Part shown: in pieces, positions 13,320 through 26,520 of the stretch | Numbering within the stretch: position 1 is the first letter of the stretch | Layout: each line of letters starts with the position of its first letter | Assembly (NCBI RefSeq): GCF_036321535.1 | Contig: NC_087437.1 | Location: 49,292,001 to 49,356,000 of the forward strand | From: Camelus dromedarius | Taxonomy: Eukaryota | DNA length: 64,000 nt | Direction: 5' to 3' | Notes under the pieces: generated by a model | Told to the model about the DNA's origin: nothing | Database searches by the model: none | The model's input: the letters and a program-made list of their open reading frames with translations, nothing else | Position numbers and translations under genes: made by a program

Positions 13320-13560
13320 AATTGTTCATCCACTCAACCAATGCTGAGTAAATGCTGTGTGTGCTAAATACTTAGATAGGTGCTGGGTCTACAACTGATA
13401 CTAAAGCAGACATGATCATAAAGTTTACAGGCTGATTGGAAAGACAGACATTAAATAAATTATCACATTTATGTGTATTCTGCTCTTCCCCCAATTATCT
13501 ACATAGCTCTCTCCCTTGCTACCTTCAAGTCTTTACTCAGATGTTACTTTCTCAGTGAAA
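13320..13560. mobile_element. L2 fragments
   Basis: An antisense L2 3' end ('ttcatccactcaaccaatgctgagt...tgtgtgctaaatacttagataggtgctggg') followed by a sense piece ('ccttcaagtctttactcagatgttactttctcagtga'). Confidence 0.6.
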
Positions 13561-13569
13561 CAATGCCAA

Positions 13570-16360
13570 ATTCTAGATCTAGCTAAATGAGCATCAAATG
13601 TGAGGATGAATTGAAGGCATTTTAAGAAATCTACTCAGAAAGAAATGTTCAAGGAAGTACTCAAAGAAAACAATAAAGATTTTAGGAAAAAGAAAGACAT
13701 TATATACTGAAAATAAGAGAAGAAAAGAAACTAGTAATACATATGGCTAAGTATAGATCCTTATAATCATGTTAACTTTTAAAAATACTGATAATCTGGA
13801 ACTAAACTCCAAATGAATTCAACACAAATATTGAAGGTGCAGCCAGTGTCAGTGAAGGGGAAAGTGACAGCATGCTGTGGTTCACTGTCTTTTATTAGGA
13901 GACAGTACATACATTTAAACATATGAATTAAAAAAATCCATTGCTAACCAATACAGGAATAGAAACAGAATATGTGATTTTTAAATCTCTGGGGAAGGAA
14001 AAAAGTGGAGAAAACTCAATTAACTCCAGAAAAAAGATAGAGAAAATAAAGAAGAAATTACTTTTTTTTAAGTTAAATATTACATATTTAATAGTGGCAA
14101 TATGACCAAACATTTTAATAATACAATGAATGTAAAATGTTAATTCTCCTATTCAAAGGCAAATATAGTCAGATTTTATTTTAATCTCACTAATTACTAT
14201 TTGCCAGAGACACTTCCAAAACAAAATGAGACAGCATAATAAAATAAAGGGATGGACATAGGTATGTCATAAAGTTGCTAGGTAACAAGAAAAATCCATT
14301 GAAGGCAATATTAGCATGATACAAATCATATTTAGGGGCCAAAATTATTAACTGGGCAAAGAGGAAGCTTTCATACAATAGAATAATCTGTCAAGATATA
14401 AAAATCACAAATTTTGTGTACATAACCATCCAGGTTGACATATATAAAATAAAACCTATTAGAAATACAAATAGATACTGTTAAATCCATAATCTTAGTG
14501 GGAGAATTTAGTGTACCTCTCTTAGAATTTGTGATTAAAGTAACAAAATGATAATAAAACTGATACAGAGTTTTAATAATACATATGACACATTACATAT
14601 GTATACACATACATATTCAATAAATTGAGAATATACATTTATTTCAAATGCAAGTATATTATTCATTTTAAAAATTTTACCATGTATTATGCCTCAGTAA
14701 ATAATCTCAATAAACTTGCAAAGAAAAACTGAAGTTACACAGATATATGCTGACTTCAGTTCAACAAAATTAGAAGTTGTTAAACTGATGGCCAGAAACA
14801 ACCTAACTACTTAGCTAAAGGTTCTTAAATTTTTTAAATAATTCTGGGTTAAGAAGGAATAAAAAACATTTACAAGTGAATGATGATAAATACACACTAT
14901 ATAAAAACATGTGGTATATTCAGAGGTAAATATGTGGCAAAATATTCAAAGAATAATGTTTCAAGGAAGGATAATTTAACATTTGGAAATTTACTTATGT
15001 CATTCATTCCAGTAACAATAAAGAAGGACAACAATAAGTTCTCAATAAATTCTAAATTTTTTAAAAATAAAATTCAACAATACATATTTTTGTTAAAATT
15101 CTTAGCAAGCTAAGAAAAGAGATCAACCTTCACACTTCAATAAAGAATATTAATGTCTGCATCTCACAGTACACCAAAACCAGTAATGGAACACTAGAGG
15201 TATTCCCATTACAGTTAGTCTTGGTATTCAAGTTTGTACTGACTGTCTTGGGCAATGCAGTAAGAAATAATAATAAATTATGTTAATTATTATTAGTTAT
15301 TAATTTTAGTGCTAGTAATATTAAATAAGAGCTATAAATATTAGAAAGGAAGATAAAATTATGATTTATAATATGATTTTATATTTTTAAAATTCAGAAG
15401 AAATAACTAAAATTATTAGAACTGATAAAAGAATATAATACTCATAGTATTAAAAAGATTAAAAAATATTCATAGTTTTCCTATACACCAATAATAACCA
15501 ATTAGAAAAATCTTGAATATGATTCACAACTGCAAAAAGGAAAAAAATCCTCAAAATATGTAGAATATTAATAAGAAATATATAAGGTGTATATGAAAAA
15601 AGTAGTAAAACATTGCCTCAGTGATGGATAGAATTACTCAGTATGGTAAAGCTGGCAATTCCCTTCAAATGAATCTGTAATTCTATGCAATACCAAACAA
15701 AAACTTAAAAGCAAATTCCAAAATATACCTGGAGGTGAGAAGACTCAATAATGTAAAGAAAAATAGAAGTAAAATATCTTCTTAAACTTTCTAATATATC
15801 ATAACATGTTAAGAAATTAAAGAGTTTGATATTGGGGATAGAAAATAAAAACATACATACATACATAAAAATGAAAAATCCAGAAAAGCAACTTTAAGAT
15901 ATCAAAAATATTGTATTTTCAATCATTATATGGAAAAAAATTTTTATCATATTGAAGTAGGACAAGCACCATTAGGACAAAACCTAGAAACTGAAAATCA
16001 AATGATTGATAGATTTGAATACATAAAATGTAAAACCTATGTATGACCCAGTAAAAATCCACAAATAAATTTGTGACAAGCAATGGACTGGGAGAAAACA
16101 TTTGCAATATATATAACAAAAAATTACATGTAGGGTATATAAAAAACTCTTAGTAATTAACAAGAAAAAGATAAACAACCCAATAGAAAAAAATCAGCAA
16201 AGAATATGACCAGACAAACTTTAAAAGAGGAAGCAATCATGATTAATTAACAAATAAAGATGTATTCCACCTCAGTAGTACTCAAGAGAGTTGAAAATTA
16301 AGTTAAAAATGAGATATAATTTCCCAGTCATCAGATTGGTAATTTTTTTAATGGCAAAGT
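13570..16360 (+). mobile_element. Long, ancient, heavily decayed LINE-1 (L1M/L1ME)
   Basis: A-rich strand with ordered remnants of the endonuclease region ('atccataatcttagtgggagaatttagtgtacctctc'), the RT region and the C-terminus ('tggactgggagaaaacatttgcaa'). Confidence 0.75.
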
Positions 16361-16421
16361 TCTAGTGTAATGAAATCATTACAGCCAGCACTTCTACTCT
16401 CAGTGTCCACTCTGAGATGTC

Positions 16422-16548
16422 TGTAGTGGATACTGTTGGCTGCTCATCCAGTATTTCATCCCTCTAGAACCGTGATTTCTTTGATATTGCAGCCCTCCTC
16501 CACAGTTCATATGCCTCAAGAGAAATTGACCCCACCTCCAGCTCTAGG
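16422..16548. mobile_element. ERVL LTR fragment (LTR16-like)
   Basis: Begins 'tgtagtggatactgttggctgctcatccag' and contains 'tgaccccacctccagctctagg', similar to the recalled LTR16 end. Confidence 0.5.
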
Positions 16549-18450
16549 CATGATTTCATTCTTTTTTAAGGTTGAGTAATATTCCATTATATGTGGAATA
16601 TTACAAATAATGTAATAATATACATATATATATGTATATACACACACACACACACATACACACACACATACACACACACATACACACACGTATTTACACA
16701 CACCCATATCTTCTTTATCCATTCATTTGCTGATGGGCATTTAGGTTGCTTCCATATCTTGGCTACTGTAAATAGAGCTGCTATCAACATTGGGGTGCAA
16801 GTATCCTTTTGAATTAGAGTTTTCATCTTTTCCAGATATATGCACAGGAATGGAGTTGCTGGGTCATATGATAACTCTACTTTTAGTGTTTTAAGGAGCC
16901 TCCATTCTGTTCTCCATAGTGGCTTCACCAATTTACATTCCCATTAATAGTGTAGGAGGGTTCCCTTTTCTCTACACCCTCTCCAGCATTTGTTATTTGT
17001 AGACTTTTTGATGGCAGCCATTCTGACTGGTGTGAGGTGGTACCTCATTGCAGTTTTGATTTGCATTTATCAAATAATTAGTGATATTGAGTATCTTTTC
17101 ATGTGCCTGTTGGACATCTGTATGTCTTCTTTGGAGAAATGTCTGTTTAGGACTTCTGTTCATTTTTTGATTGGGTTTTTGTTTTTGTTTTTGTTTTGAT
17201 ATTAAGCTGTATGAACTGTTGGTATATTTTTGAAATTTGTCAGTTACATCATTTGCAAATATGCTGTTCCTCTCCTTAGGTTGTCTTTTTGTTTTGTTGA
17301 TGGTTTCCTTTGTTGTGCAAAAGCTTTTAAGTTTAATTATGTCCCATTTGTTTATTTTTGCTTTTGTTTCCATTACTCTAGGAAATCCAAAAAAATATTG
17401 CTGTAATTTATGTCAAAAGCTTTCTGCCTATGTTTTCCTCTAGGAGTTTAATAGTTTCTGGTCCTACATTTAGATCTTTAATCCATTTTGAGTTTGTTTT
17501 TGTATATGGTGCTACAGAATTTTCTAATTTCATTATTTTACATGTAGCTGCCCAGTTTTCCCAGCACCACTTATTGAAGAGACTGTCTTTTCACCATTGT
17601 ATATTCTTGCTTCCCTTGTCATAGATTAATTGACTGTAAGTGCATGAGTTTATTTCTGGGCATTCTGTACTGTTCCATTGATCTGTGTGTCTGTTTTTGT
17701 GCCAGTAACATGCTGTTTTGATTACAAGAGCTTTGTAGTATAGTCTGAAGTCAAGAAGTGTGATTCCTCCAGGCCCATTCTTTCTTCTCAAGATTGTTTT
17801 AACTACTCAGGGTCCTATATGTTTCCACACAAATTAAAAATTTTTTGTTCCAGTTTCGTGAAAAATGCCATCGGTAGTTTGAAAGGGATTACATTGAATC
17901 TGTCTATTGCATTGGGTATCATGGTCATTTTAACAATACTGATTCTTCCAATCCAAGAACATGGTGTATCTTTCCATCTGTGTTGTCTTCAATTTCTTTC
18001 ATCAGTATCTTACAATTTTCAGAGTACAGGTACTTTGCCTCCTTAGGTAGGTTCATTCTTACGTATTTTATTCTTTTTGATGCAATGGTAAATGAGATTG
18101 TTTCCTTAATTTCTCTTTCTGATATTTCATTGTTAGAGTATAGAAATGCAACTGATTTCTGTACATTAATTTTGTGTCTGCAACTTTACTGAATTCATTG
18201 ATTATAAGCTCTAGTAGTTTTCTTGTGGCACCTTTAGTATTTTCTATGTATAATATCATGTCATCTGCAAACAATGATAGTTTTACTTCTTTTCTAATTT
18301 GGATTCCTTGTATTTCATTTTCTCCTCTGATTGCCGTGGCTAGGATTTAAAAAACTATGTTGAATAAAAGTGGTGAGAGTGGGCATCTTTATCTTGTTCC
18401 TGATCTTAGAGGGAATGCTTTCAGCTTTTCACCAATGAGTATGATGTTAG
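16547..18450 (-). mobile_element. LINE-1 internal fragment (ORF2 RT to C-terminus) without a poly-A tail
   Basis: ORFs 16587..16931, 16993..17373, 17591..17791 and 18068..18274 (LFADDMILY-type RT motif) are frameshifted ORF2 pieces. Confidence 0.95.
16621..16702. repeat. (TA)n/(CA)n compound microsatellite inside the L1
   Basis: Visible. Confidence 0.9.
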
Positions 18451-18634
18451 AAGAGAGGATTTTTATTATAGGAGAAATAACAGCTTTCAATAGTGAGTGT
18501 ATTTATTTTAAATATACCTCAAGTCAGAGCTTGACCTTCAAGAAGTCAACCTGAAGGCTTGCTGGTAGTGGACAGAGAAGATGGAGAGATGTGGAGCACT
18601 GTAAAGGGCTAAGCTCCAGCTACCTCATATTAAA

Positions 18635-18785
18635 TGTATTTATTTGTTATTATTAAATCTCTCACATTCTAGAATGTAAGTTACATAAGAGAGGGCACTT
18701 GTTTTATTCCCTGCTGTATCTTCTTCACTTCAGATAGTTCCTAGCACATAATAGGTACAGGTAAACATTTGTTAAATGAATGAAC
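18635..18785 (+). mobile_element. L2 3' end
   Basis: 'ctagaatgtaagttacataaga...cctagcacataataggtacag...tttgttaaatgaatgaa'. Confidence 0.8.
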
Positions 18786-18789
18786 ACTT

Positions 18790-18890
18790 TCAGTGAAAAT
18801 GTAAGGCCCAGAAAAGTTAAATAAATTGCTTTCCCAGATTATTATATCAGAGTTGGATCTAAAACCTGAATTTCCTGGTTCCCCATATAG
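18790..18890 (-). mobile_element. MIR fragment
   Basis: 'gtgaaaatgtaaggcccagaaaagttaaataaattgc'. Confidence 0.55.
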
Positions 18891-20009
18891 TGAATATTCA
18901 AGTATTAGGAAAACCTGAGTTTCAGAATTTACATCCTGCTCTTCAAAGCAGTATTAAAGATAGTTACAGCAATTTTAAAGGCTGAAATGAGGCAGGAAAA
19001 AAATGGAACTACTTTCCACTTCTTTTCAAAATTATCCTAAGTCATGGCAAACACTACTTTTATTCTGTTGAAAAGTTAAATTTTGTTTATGATATAGCTG
19101 TTAAATAATTAAAACTTAGAAGTCTTGAAAAATCTATAAATGATCTAACAGAACTAGTCATTTGTTGAATAATACAAATGGAAATGAAATTTTGAAAATT
19201 ACCATAAAATTTGCCCATCTTCCTGTTGCACATGCTTTATGTATTTTTCAAGGGCTACAATTGAAAACCTGAAATCATAATTTCTTGAGGTAAAAAGATA
19301 AATTATGTATGTGTAGTAGATACTTATTTCCACAAAACTCACCAGTAGTAGGACTTTTTATGCAATTAGAATAAACCTTGAATCTCTTATTCCTCAGTTT
19401 AATAAACTATAAACAGCATAAGATTGAAAAATTAAGAGAATAACTGTATTTATCTGTAGTATTTACTCTTGGATGTTTAGAAGCATTATTAAGTAGCAAT
19501 GAATCACTCCATCTATATGTAGAACATCATATATATGTATATATACATGTATATATCTTTCATGTCGTAAAAAAATGGCAGGTTCTTTTAATACATAAAT
19601 AAATGAGAATTTTGCCCACAAGAAGACTGAAATTTACTTTTATTAAATCACATTTAATAGCTGTTTTATAGTTCTGTAAATAACTAGCTCTAGTTGGAGA
19701 AATATTTTTAGAATGTCCAGGGACTATAAAATAAAGCTAATTCATAAAAGTCTCCAGTTAATTATAGAGAGACTAGTAGATAATTTCTTCAAGAATATAT
19801 AAAGTAGGTCTAAATCAACACAGATGGACTGTGTGGAAATACATGCCTGTATATAGAAATAGAAAATTTTGACTACAATCATGTAATCATAAAAGTATCC
19901 CTCTTGCTAAGTTTCTAAAAAACGTAACTTTGTGAAATAAAGCAGTTTGCCAGAGATTTTTTTTTCATCTTAAAAGTGGTCTTATTTTTTGACTTACTAA
20001 ACTCACTTA

Positions 20010-20230
20010 TGGAAGATTACTCTAGGGAAATAATCAAAAGGAACGAAAATGCTATATGTTTTAAAGATGTTCATTGCAATATTATTTATATAATTGGAGA
20101 GTTGGAAAAAACTTAGATATCCGACAATAGGGAGATACTTAATTAAATTGGAGTCTACACACTTAATATAATATATAATCATTAAGTGCATAGTATAAAA
20201 TGCTCATTGTAAAGAAATATGTATTTAATC
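20010..20230 (+). mobile_element. Ancient L1ME fragment
   Basis: 'aagatgttcattgcaatattatttatataattggagagttggaaaaaacttagatatccgacaataggga'. Confidence 0.65.
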
Positions 20231-21030
20231 TATGTGTATTTCATTAAACAGTTTAATCTCAATCAGTTCAGCCATTGTCATATACATACACTTGTAACTG
20301 TGAATACTACCTGGGCTTAAGAGTAGGGAAAACAACACCAGAGGAGTAGCATCCCTTATGAACTTTTGTCTTAAGAATGCTTAATTCTAACTGCTTAAGC
20401 CACACAACACATTGATAAGAACTTTTAGGTTCCCAGGGTAATTACAGGTCACGCCTGAGCGATCACTGTTTTGGCTTTCTCATTCATTGTAACTAGCCTC
20501 ATGAAGCAGAGAAATTTAGTGTATTGATTTTGAGTATTTTGCTTCTTCAAGTCACTTTAGAATCCTTTTTTAGGCGATATGAAGTAACTGTATATTTCAC
20601 TGCACATCTTTGCTATAGAAACATGATTTTTGACTTTGCAGCCCAAGGATGGATTCCATGTATGAATACAGTCTGTGTGCAACAAGAGTAAAGTCATCAA
20701 GCTTCTATGCTATGTAGAAGAAATGTTCATCTTCTAATGTAGATATATGTAAGCCACCTCTTTAAAATCAGCCCCCTTAAATGGCACTGAGTATGCTTCT
20801 GTGTATGACACATCAATGTCCATTAATTGCATGAAGAGAACTGAGATTCCAATGGCAAAATCTGTAAAAGTAGATATACAAAGAAAAGTGGAAGCATCTG
20901 TTTAATATATACGACATTAGAATTTAATTTTACCTCTGTGATGCTTTTGTGTGGCTGCAGTGTTACAGCAGAGCACATAAGCATAGCCGTGCAGTGTCAG
21001 CAGGTGCATGCCACCAAATTACTGCTTTTA

Positions 21031-21077
21031 ATTTGCATATTCATCTGCTAAGAAGCATGTCATTATCATATCAAAGG
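21031..21077. promoter_or_regulatory. POU octamer composite site plus TCF/LEF motif in unique sequence (candidate enhancer core)
   Basis: ATTTGCATATTCAT at 21031-21044 and ATCAAAGG at 21070-21077. These are motif matches only. Confidence 0.3.
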
Positions 21078-21519
21078 GATACTAAGCAACATCTAGCTTG
21101 GAGAGATGTGGCATAGTTTCAATAGGAGCAATTAATGCAAGATGAGGACTCTCTTTCTGTCATGTCTCCCAGGGCTAGCTGTAATCGGGCTGATTATTGG
21201 ATACCAATAAGACCGAGGGCCCAGTTGGCACAGAATAAGAGAAGATCTGGAAAGGGAGCCTGCTAGTCCTCTCCACTGTACACTGCATGGCAGCATGATG
21301 CTCTGGTCACTCAAAAGAATCCTGTTCTTATTATGGATGCTATCTATGTGCACTCATCTATTTCTGTGGTCATAAAATGACCAAATGCAATCCAAAAGTA
21401 ATGTATTTAAAAAAAAAAAAAAAAGGAATGATCTTGACTTTAGAGGGCATGTGGGAAAAAAAGCCATGAAAGAGACTTTAAAATTGTGTTCACAAATAGA
21501 GATTTTAGTACTTAGGTAA

Positions 21520-21690
21520 ATTTCATTCAAACAAACATCAGCTTCCTCCTTCAAGCATTTATTGAGCACCTAAGTAGATGTCAGACAATGTCAGGTGATG
21601 AAGATACAGACACAAACTAGTCACAGTTCATAATCTCAGTGGATTTGCAGTTGAACAAGGGAGACAAACATGTAAACCAAACAAAACTGA
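21520..21690 (-). mobile_element. L2 3' end
   Basis: 'ttcaagcatttattgagcacctaagtagatgtcagacaatgtcagg'. Confidence 0.7.
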
Positions 21691-22034
21691 ATAACACATT
21701 GTTTATGAACTTAGAAAAGGTCAAAAACATGCAAAGCCATCTTTTATGTATGATAGTAAGGACACATGGTACTCTTTTCAAAAGGCCTTTAAGAACAGAA
21801 TTTTAAATTTTAGTTTAGTTTTAGAAATGATCTTACTTTTTTCTCATAATGGTAGTAGCTAAAAATGCTGTACAAATTTGAATACTTTAACAGAAGTATA
21901 GACGATTTTTTCAATTGTTCTGTTGTTTCTTAATCTTTTCATTGGATGCGTTGGTGTAAGTGCTTTTAAAAAACAGGAACCATTAATAGCTTGCTTCCTA
22001 CAGTGTCTAGAATGAGATGGTATACACATACAGT

Positions 22035-22260
22035 TTCATTAATTTATTCAGCAGATATTTTTTGAACACTCATTATGTGCCAAGCAACTGCTATAAACAC
22101 TGGAGATAGAGCAGTGAACAAAATGGGCCAAGTGCCTGCCCCTGAGTTTACATTCACACATGCTCCTGTGTCTGAATATATGCACAAAGCACAGCCTAAT
22201 GGAAAGCTTGATGACATTCATTCAACAAGCATTTAATGAGCACCTTATGTGTCAAACTAG
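22035..22260 (-). mobile_element. L2 3' end fragments (two)
   Basis: 'ttattcagcagatattttttgaacactcattatgtgccaagc' and 'cattcattcaacaagcatttaatgagcacc'. Confidence 0.7.
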
Positions 22261-22534
22261 GGAAATGAAAGGGATATATAGTTTACCTTGGAAACTACAA
22301 GCCAACAATGAGTACAAAATAGGCTTCTGCTTGGCCAGTAGATTTAGAACCAAATAGCTTATGTGAAACAAACTTAAAAATAAGAAGGTGCTCTTTTATG
22401 AGTGTCCAGTCTTCCAAGTAGTTTCAGACATCAACCAGTCATCTCAGGATAGCCCCAGAAAGCTCACCAACTACCATCTTACCAATTGCCGGTAAAATGT
22501 CAGGGATGAAGCATCGAACCTTAGTGAGCATCAG

Positions 22535-22720
22535 AGCCAGACACTTTGAGTGCATCATCTTATTTAATACTGAGAGGAATCCTCTAGGATATGTGCTAAT
22601 ACACCCAATTTGCTGATAAGGAAACCAAGGCTCAGACAGTTTACATTTCCCAAGGTCACCCAGTTGGTAAATAACTGGGTAGGACTGGAACTCAGAGTTT
22701 TCTAATGTCAAATAAGTGTT
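22535..22720 (-). mobile_element. MIR SINE
   Basis: 'gataaggaaaccaaggctcagacagtttacatttcccaaggtcacccag'. Confidence 0.85.
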
Positions 22721-23074
22721 CTATTCATGGTTCCCTATAACACAGCATTCAATAGTCTAATCTATTTTGTAGCAACGAACTTGGATATCAGAACTAATAA
22801 GACTATAGCTAATCACTTTAAGCAAGAATAATATTTGCCCAGTACCATTCTTTTACTTTATTAAGGTGGGAGTTACGGGTTAAATGATGCATATTGTATC
22901 AAAACTATTGATTGAAAATTTAAACAAATGAACAAAAATATAGCCTCTTTATCCGTATGTTAAAGAGCTGGCTGACTTTTTCACCAAATGGTGAGGATCT
23001 TTTTTTGTTTTTAATTACCCACGTGCTGAGAATTGTGGACTCAGAGTGTTTGTTTTGTTTATTTTGGTTGTTTG

Positions 23075-23240
23075 GTAGACTTGAAAGGGCTGCTGACTTG
23101 GAATCAGAAAACCTAGGTTTAAATTTTGATTGTCTGTGGTAGATACTTAGTGTGTAAGAGCTTTATTCTTCTCCTCTGTAAAAGAAGGAATTTAATCTAT
23201 ATGCTACCTTAGGTAGCCTCCAGGTCTAGCTTTCTATAAT
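23075..23240 (+). mobile_element. MIR fragment
   Basis: 'gacttggaatcagaaaacctaggtttaaatt...cttctcctctgtaaaa'. Confidence 0.65.
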
Positions 23241-24950
23241 TCTACCAAAAACAGCTGGCAAGTGTCATAGTATGTCCTATACTTTAATATAGTACATAAA
23301 ATATTTGAATAGCCCATACTGCCTGTACCTTTCTTTCCTACAAAAAAAAATGAAATAAAATTGTCTGTTATGTTTTTAAATAATACATTTAGGTAAAACT
23401 TCAGTAAATACTAATTATTGATTAAATGTCCCCTTGTCACAAAAGTTGACTGCATCACAGTACTGAATGTTTACTTATTTCTTTGTTACCAAGAAGGAAG
23501 GAGGGAAGGAAGGAAGGAAATAGAAAAGGAAAGAGAAAGAAAGGAAGCCAGACATGGGTATATGTATGTTACATACTCATACATATAACATTTGTGTTAC
23601 ACATGCATGCATACACGTATGAATGTTACATGTATACGTGTTTATACTGACAACTCCAAATTTTATGATTTTTTCTGCCATAGCAGAATGAGGAAAATGT
23701 TGCCCTTCAATAAATTCATATTCCAAGTACCTTATGGCATCCTTCCTCTGAATGAAATGGTGGATTCCGCAAATGATGGAGTGCCACAGAAAAGTTCATT
23801 TTCTCCTGTTGTATTATCAGGAGTCAGCTTTATGAATCAAATCATGAGTTGGTTGAATTTATACCTATTTATATTTATAACTATAACTATTCATAGTATT
23901 TGTCACTATTAAGTTAAATATCACTGAATTATCATCTACTCTGGGCATTTATATATTTGCTAATTGATTTGTTTAAGCCTGCATTCACACAAGGAGGTCT
24001 TCAAGATCACTCTTGTTTTCGAGACCCTAATTCAGATCAAAAACACCTTAACTAATCTCACACAGAAAAACTTTACCTAATCACATACACACAACTCCAT
24101 TGGAGGCTCACTCAAAAGACAGAACCTTTCACAAATAAATCATGTCTTTTACTATTAGCTCATTTGTGCCTTCCCATCAGCCTTGGTATAATTTCCCAAA
24201 CTTCTGTACAGTAATTGTAGGCCTCAAATAAACGTTAAAACTTTTAAAACTTTGAGTAGATTTTTTTTATTCATAATTCATGAAGTTTTCATGTCATCTC
24301 TTCTTTTCATTGCTTATAATGGTGATGGAGTTTCTCAGCAAGTCTGCTCACAAACCTGTCACCTTCATGCTTGGCTGCTGTGGTAAGAAATGAGAACCTC
24401 CATGTTCTTATGGGAAGGAGTCAAAGTACTTCATGTACCTATGTAAACATAAGCTTATTGATATTTGTATACATATTTATGGGTACTGGTATAACATAAG
24501 ATTTTTAGATTTCTAAGGGAAAATAAAGAGGCTGCTTTCATTCATGTGTGTGTGTAGGTATTAACAGCAGTGAAGCTAAGTGGTGTTATTTGATACCATA
24601 GAATACGAAAATATGACATTCTTTAGAAGAAACTAAACTTTATTGGTACAGTTCAAATGGCCAGATATAACATTTGTCCCCAAAAGAAAAACTAAAAATG
24701 AAAAATGTTGTGAAGTCTGTGACCAATTACTACAATTGAAGTTGAAGAAAGAATTCTAGTATCACACGTGAGATTTACTATTGGTAGGGGAGGGGAGATA
24801 TGAATAGATGAAGATAAAATTATGCCATTGATAACATGAGAAAAGTGCATCATGGACAAATTTATTTTAACTGAACAAGATCTAAAGAGTAATAGATTCA
24901 TTATGTGCTTATATTAGGCAAAATCATAGCTAGAAATCCTTGATCCAATT

Positions 24951-25097
24951 CTATAACTATGTAGGGTGATGGACGTTAGCTAGACTTCTTGTGGCGATCA
25001 CTTCACAGTCTATACGAGTATCAAGTCATTATGTTATACATCAAAATTAATATAATGTTGTGTGTCAATTATATTTTAATAAAAAATTAAATAAATC
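24951..25097 (+). mobile_element. Short 5'-truncated LINE-1 3' end with TSD
   Basis: L1 3' terminus 'gtggcgatcacttcacag...tgtcaattatattttaataaaaaa'. TSD 24932-24950 vs 25098-25116, 16/19. Confidence 0.9.
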
Positions 25098-25269
25098 AGA
25101 AATCCTCAATCCAGTTAGGAAGAAATACTTGGCAGAAAGATAAATGAATAATTCTTTAATTAAAATGAACCTAAAACAAGAGCAAATCTTGAAACCATCC
25201 ACAGCCATATAACAAGAGTATGTTTATATGGCAAAAGAGAATTAAGCCTTTTTGGCTTAGAAGATTGGT

Positions 25270-25547
25270 GATACAGATATGTTTTGTTTGGCTTCTTTGA
25301 AAAAAAAAAGGGGGGGGGACATTTCATGATCAAAATATCCAGAATTCTTTTCTTTTTTAAGGGAAACAGAAGAGCTGAAATTATGACTTATACTCCTACA
25401 TGACAAGTGGCAGGAACTAAGCAATGGATGTCCCCTTCAGACTGAGTCTCTCCTGATTTGCCATAATCCCCACCAGCTCCTCTCACCTTCCTCCAGATCA
25501 GTTTACCTACCTAATGCCCTAGTGGCTTTTGAGTGTTCAACCCCTGA
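25270..25547. mobile_element. MER102-like hAT-Charlie element
   Basis: Ends 'gtggcttttgagtgttcaacccctg' and contains 'tttgccataatccccacc'. Confidence 0.6.
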
Positions 25548-25603
25548 TATGCTAAATAATATTTTTTCTGTAAATAATACTTTAAGGATTAGAAAAGTTT
25601 AGG

Positions 25604-25775
25604 TCAGTCATTCTCAAAATTAGCTACATATTAGAATTGCCTGAGAAGCTTTAAAAAAAAAAAATGTGTAGACCCTGTCCCAGGCCATATAAATCAGAAT
25701 CTTTTATAGTGACCTATTTTTCTAAGTTTCTCAGCTGATTTTAATGTACAGCTAGGGATGCAAACCCCCAGTTTA
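25604..25775. mobile_element. MER5A-like hAT-Charlie MITE
   Basis: 'cagtcattctcaaaattagctacatattagaattgcctgagaagcttt...gattttaatgtacagctaggg'. Confidence 0.75.
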
Positions 25776-25809
25776 AGTATCAAAAGACAAGATGATTTCT
25801 CATTTGTTC

Positions 25810-26520
25810 TTTTTTAAATTTTTTATTTTTATTTTTTTTTTATTTTATTGAAGTATAGTTGGTTTACAATGTGTTGATTTCTGATGTACAGCATAGTGAT
25901 TCAGTTATACACATATATATATATTTCTTTTCATATTCTTTTTCATTATAGGCTATTATAAGATATTGAATTTAGTTGCCTGTGCTATACAGTAGGACCT
26001 TGCTGTTTATCTATTTTATAGATAGTAGTTAGTATCTGCAAATCCTGAACTCCCACTTTATCCCTGTCTCACCCTTTCCCCGCTGGCAACTGTAAGTTTG
26101 TTTTCCTTATCTGTGAGTCTGTCTGTGTTTTGTAAATAAGTTCATTTATGTCTTTTTTTTTAGATTCCACATATAAAATTGATACCATATGATATTTTTC
26201 TTTCTCTTTCTGGCTTACTTCACTTAGTATGACAATCTCCAGGTCCATCCATGTTGCTGTAAATGGCATTATTTCATTCTTTTTTATGGCTGAGTAATAG
26301 TCCATTATATATATGTATATATATTCCATTGTCTATCTCTCTATATATACATATATATATAGTGCAATTTCTTTATCCAGTCATCTGTCGATGGACATTT
26401 AGGTTGCTTCCATGTCTTGGCTGTTGTAAATACTGCTGCTGTGAACACTGGTGTGCATGTACCTTTTGAAATTAGAGTTTCCCCTGATATGTGCCCAGGA
26501 GTGGGAGTGCTAGATCATAT
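25810..26520 (-). mobile_element. 5'-truncated LINE-1 3' end (artiodactyl/camelid type)
   Basis: Poly-T tail and L1 3' UTR; ORF 26069..26329 reads YYSAIKKNEIMPFTATWMDLE. Confidence 0.95.

Noticed and set aside
24319..24388. ATG-initiated short frame (MVMEFLSKSAHKPVTFMLGCC) ending at a GTAAGA donor
   Set aside because: Peptide not recognised and no supporting promoter or partner exon; within chance expectation.
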